DNA of 25,422 nucleotides from a virus: UHGV virus genome UHGV-0247665. One strand, given 5' to 3'. The position numbers and the translations under genes are program-made. Below are positions 23,881 to 25,422 of this stretch, piece by piece. The notes beneath the pieces are model-generated. The model was not told the origin of the DNA and did no database searches. It saw only the letters and a list, made by a program, of their open reading frames with translations. Position 1 is the stretch's first letter; the number at the start of each line of letters is the position of its first letter.

Positions 23881-23892
23881 GTGACATGTCAC
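23881..23892. repeat. 12-bp perfect palindrome GTGACATGTCAC (copy 3)
   Basis: Exact match; contains the TGA stop of the 115-aa gene, upstream of the terminase operon. Confidence 0.6.
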
Positions 23893-24236
23893 ACTATTAA
23901 TTTCGTTTCATGCCAGCCTTTAGTCACCCAGCATTGCGAGTCACCATTACACGGGCATGAATTAACGGGAACTCTCTCGCCGCACTTACCGCAACGTTTT
24001 CTGCTGATCGATTTTATACGCCCGCGCACACGTGCATCATCCTGGCGGATCAGCAGCGCGATGTACTCGGACATTTCATAGGGATCGCGACCAGGGCGCC
24101 GGGCGGCGCAGTTCCGCGCCAGCATTTCCTGCTCCTGCTTATCCAGCACCAGTTCAATTTTGCGCTCACCGGCGGCGGACTGCCGAGCGCGCTGCGCGGC
24201 TTTGCGTTCTGCGGGGGATTTAGCCACGAATCGCAC
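23889..24236 (-). CDS. Basic protein with C-terminal Cys cluster (zinc-ribbon-like), 115 aa
   Basis: ORF track (GTG start). CGKCGERVPVNSCPCNGDSQC near the C-terminus; Lys/Arg-rich N-terminus. The stop codon is embedded in the GTGACATGTCAC palindrome. Confidence 0.5.
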   Translation of the reverse strand: MRFVAKSPAERKAAQRARQSAAGERKIELVLDKQEQEMLARNCAARRPGRDPYEMSEYIALLIRQDDARVRGRIKSISRKRCGKCGERVPVNSCPCNGDSQCWVTKGWHETKLIV

Positions 24237-24342
24237 TCCACGCCAGATTGATTAATGACTCCCAGGTAATATAAACCCGGATACCAGCAGCCAGGCCGAA
24301 ACCAATCACCATGGCATAAAGCAGAGCGTTGCACTTGTTCAT
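24220..24342 (-). CDS. Small membrane peptide (40 aa), translationally coupled to the upstream gene
   Basis: ATG at 24342 overlaps the TAA of the 279-aa gene (TAATG); strong SD AGGAGG 7 nt upstream. MNKCNALLYAMVIGFGLAAGIRVYITWESLINLAWSAIRG has a single predicted TM helix. The ORF-track entry 24220..24489 is the same frame extended upstream. Confidence 0.5.
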   Translation of the reverse strand: MNKCNALLYAMVIGFGLAAGIRVYITWESLINLAWSAIRG

Positions 24343-25181
24343 TACTTCGCCTCCTGCGGCGGTTCCGGTAGCGGCATCCAGAACAAGGCGTTCCCTAACC
24401 ACGATAAAGTGCCATCGCTCAACTCCACGTATTCCCCTTGTACCTGTCCTGCCATATACTCGCCGTGCTTTGAATAAATTAAAATCCAATCATCTTGAGG
24501 GGGCATTCGCTCACTACAGCTTATCCAACCATCCGGAGTTACCGGAGAGTTGCCTGCCAGTCTACGCAAAACAGCCTTAACAGCCTCAATACGGTCATCA
24601 TCGCAATTTTCCAGCGTATCTATGCGGTCGAGCATGATGATGGCGTTATCAATATCAGGATTGCCGGTCCACTCATTACCGCGATTGGATTCGGCAGCCT
24701 GGTTGCCAGATGCTGGCTGATTGTCGGCTTTACCCAGTCTGTCGTCGCTGCATGAATGCCCTTCCAGCCAGGCCAATGCTTGTCGCATGAAATACGCAAT
24801 ATGTTTGCCGTGGTAATCGTCTTCATCGATGTGAAAAGCGATACTACGAATGTATTCAATTGCGTTTTCAATGGCCTCTAACGCTATCGGCGCTGGCGGA
24901 GTGGTATATAGTTTTCGACATTTGTATATCCAACCGGCATGGTCAGGCGTGTCTGTAAAACGCAAATCGTCTTCGTAGCACTCACGACTACGTTCTTTCC
25001 ATTCCGTCCACGGAACACCGCTATTCCAGGTGGGGCGAGTGCAGGACTGATACAGAACAGGCTCTGCTTCCAGCGATGCCAGTGCAATCCGTGCCAGTTC
25101 CATTTGTTCGCCACGGGTAAGTCCGTTTTCAAGCGGATTTTTAATGAACAATTCAATACGTTCTTTGGTAATAGTGGTCAT
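24342..25181 (-). CDS. Phage protein with C-terminal DUF551-type domain (279 aa)
   Basis: ORF track; SD GAGGA 7 nt before the ATG. The C-terminal signature DGWISCSERMPPQDDWILIY...ALFWMPLPEPP matches my recollection of DUF551. Confidence 0.65.
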   Translation of the reverse strand: MTTITKERIELFIKNPLENGLTRGEQMELARIALASLEAEPVLYQSCTRPTWNSGVPWTEWKERSRECYEDDLRFTDTPDHAGWIYKCRKLYTTPPAPIALEAIENAIEYIRSIAFHIDEDDYHGKHIAYFMRQALAWLEGHSCSDDRLGKADNQPASGNQAAESNRGNEWTGNPDIDNAIIMLDRIDTLENCDDDRIEAVKAVLRRLAGNSPVTPDGWISCSERMPPQDDWILIYSKHGEYMAGQVQGEYVELSDGTLSWLGNALFWMPLPEPPQEAK

Positions 25182-25184
25182 GTG

Positions 25185-25422
25185 TTAGTCCTCATCCACT
25201 TCAACGCCATCTTTCAGCGTGATGCCGTGCCAATCATCAGCCCAACTGGTTAGCCCTGGCGCATCAATGCTAGGCATATAAACGCTTGCAGTGTGGTAGC
25301 CCTTATCGTTATCAATGCTGGCAACGTGCTCGCCGTTGTATGCGCTCAGCGTGTCCAGGACGCTATAAAACTTTCCTCCGGCTGCCCTGAAATCCTTTAC
25401 AGCCTTCACAAGGCGATTCCAC
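25185..25422 (-). CDS. Hypothetical protein, 3' part (the frame stays open to the window end, so the 5' end is probably outside)
   Basis: ORF track 25185..25409 (GTG start); the frame remains open upstream to 25422. Confidence 0.4.
   Translation of the reverse strand, partial: WNRLVKAVKDFRAAGGKFYSVLDTLSAYNGEHVASIDNDKGYHTASVYMPSIDAPGLTSWADDWHGITLKDGVEVDED

Noticed and set aside
24050-24334. Tracked 94-aa ORF on the minus strand
   Set aside because: It overlaps the 115-aa and 40-aa genes in another frame, is Pro/Arg/Trp-rich, and has no SD.
1-25422. CRISPR arrays, rRNA, IS elements, integrase or attachment sites
   Set aside because: No direct-repeat/spacer periodicity, no transposase or integrase-like ORF, and no terminal inverted repeats are visible; the prophage ends are evidently outside this window.

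Overview
The window is almost entirely the packaging/structural arm of a temperate podovirus-like prophage from an enterobacterial host (about 50% GC); there are no CRISPR arrays, rRNA genes or IS elements. Nearly all genes are on the minus strand, running from high to low coordinates: early-region remnants (a partial ORF, a DUF551-type protein, a 40-aa membrane peptide, a Cys-rich protein), small and large terminase, portal, scaffold, major capsid protein, three small virion genes, T7 gp11/gp12-like tail tubular proteins A and B, and five internal virion/ejection proteins (154, 179, 837, 600 and 824 aa), followed by a small membrane peptide and a lipoprotein. A plus-strand accessory island (about 1.45-3.95 kb) then separates these from a divergently transcribed tailspike gene that runs off the window start. 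The island carries a near-consensus LexA box, an 85-aa protein, a Bro-N antirepressor whose C-terminal domain is paralogous to that 85-aa protein, an AT-rich translationally coupled two-gene cassette of unknown function, and a small signal-peptide protein. A second plus-strand insert between terminase and portal carries a tRNA-Arg(UCU) and a 118-aa gene. The most unusual signals are two recurrent palindromes confined to intergenic junctions: TTACC-N5-GGTAA (five full copies) and GTGACATGTCAC (three copies). All calls rest on reading the sequence and recalled family knowledge; no database search was run, and coordinates of features not anchored to the ORF track may be off by 1-2 nt.
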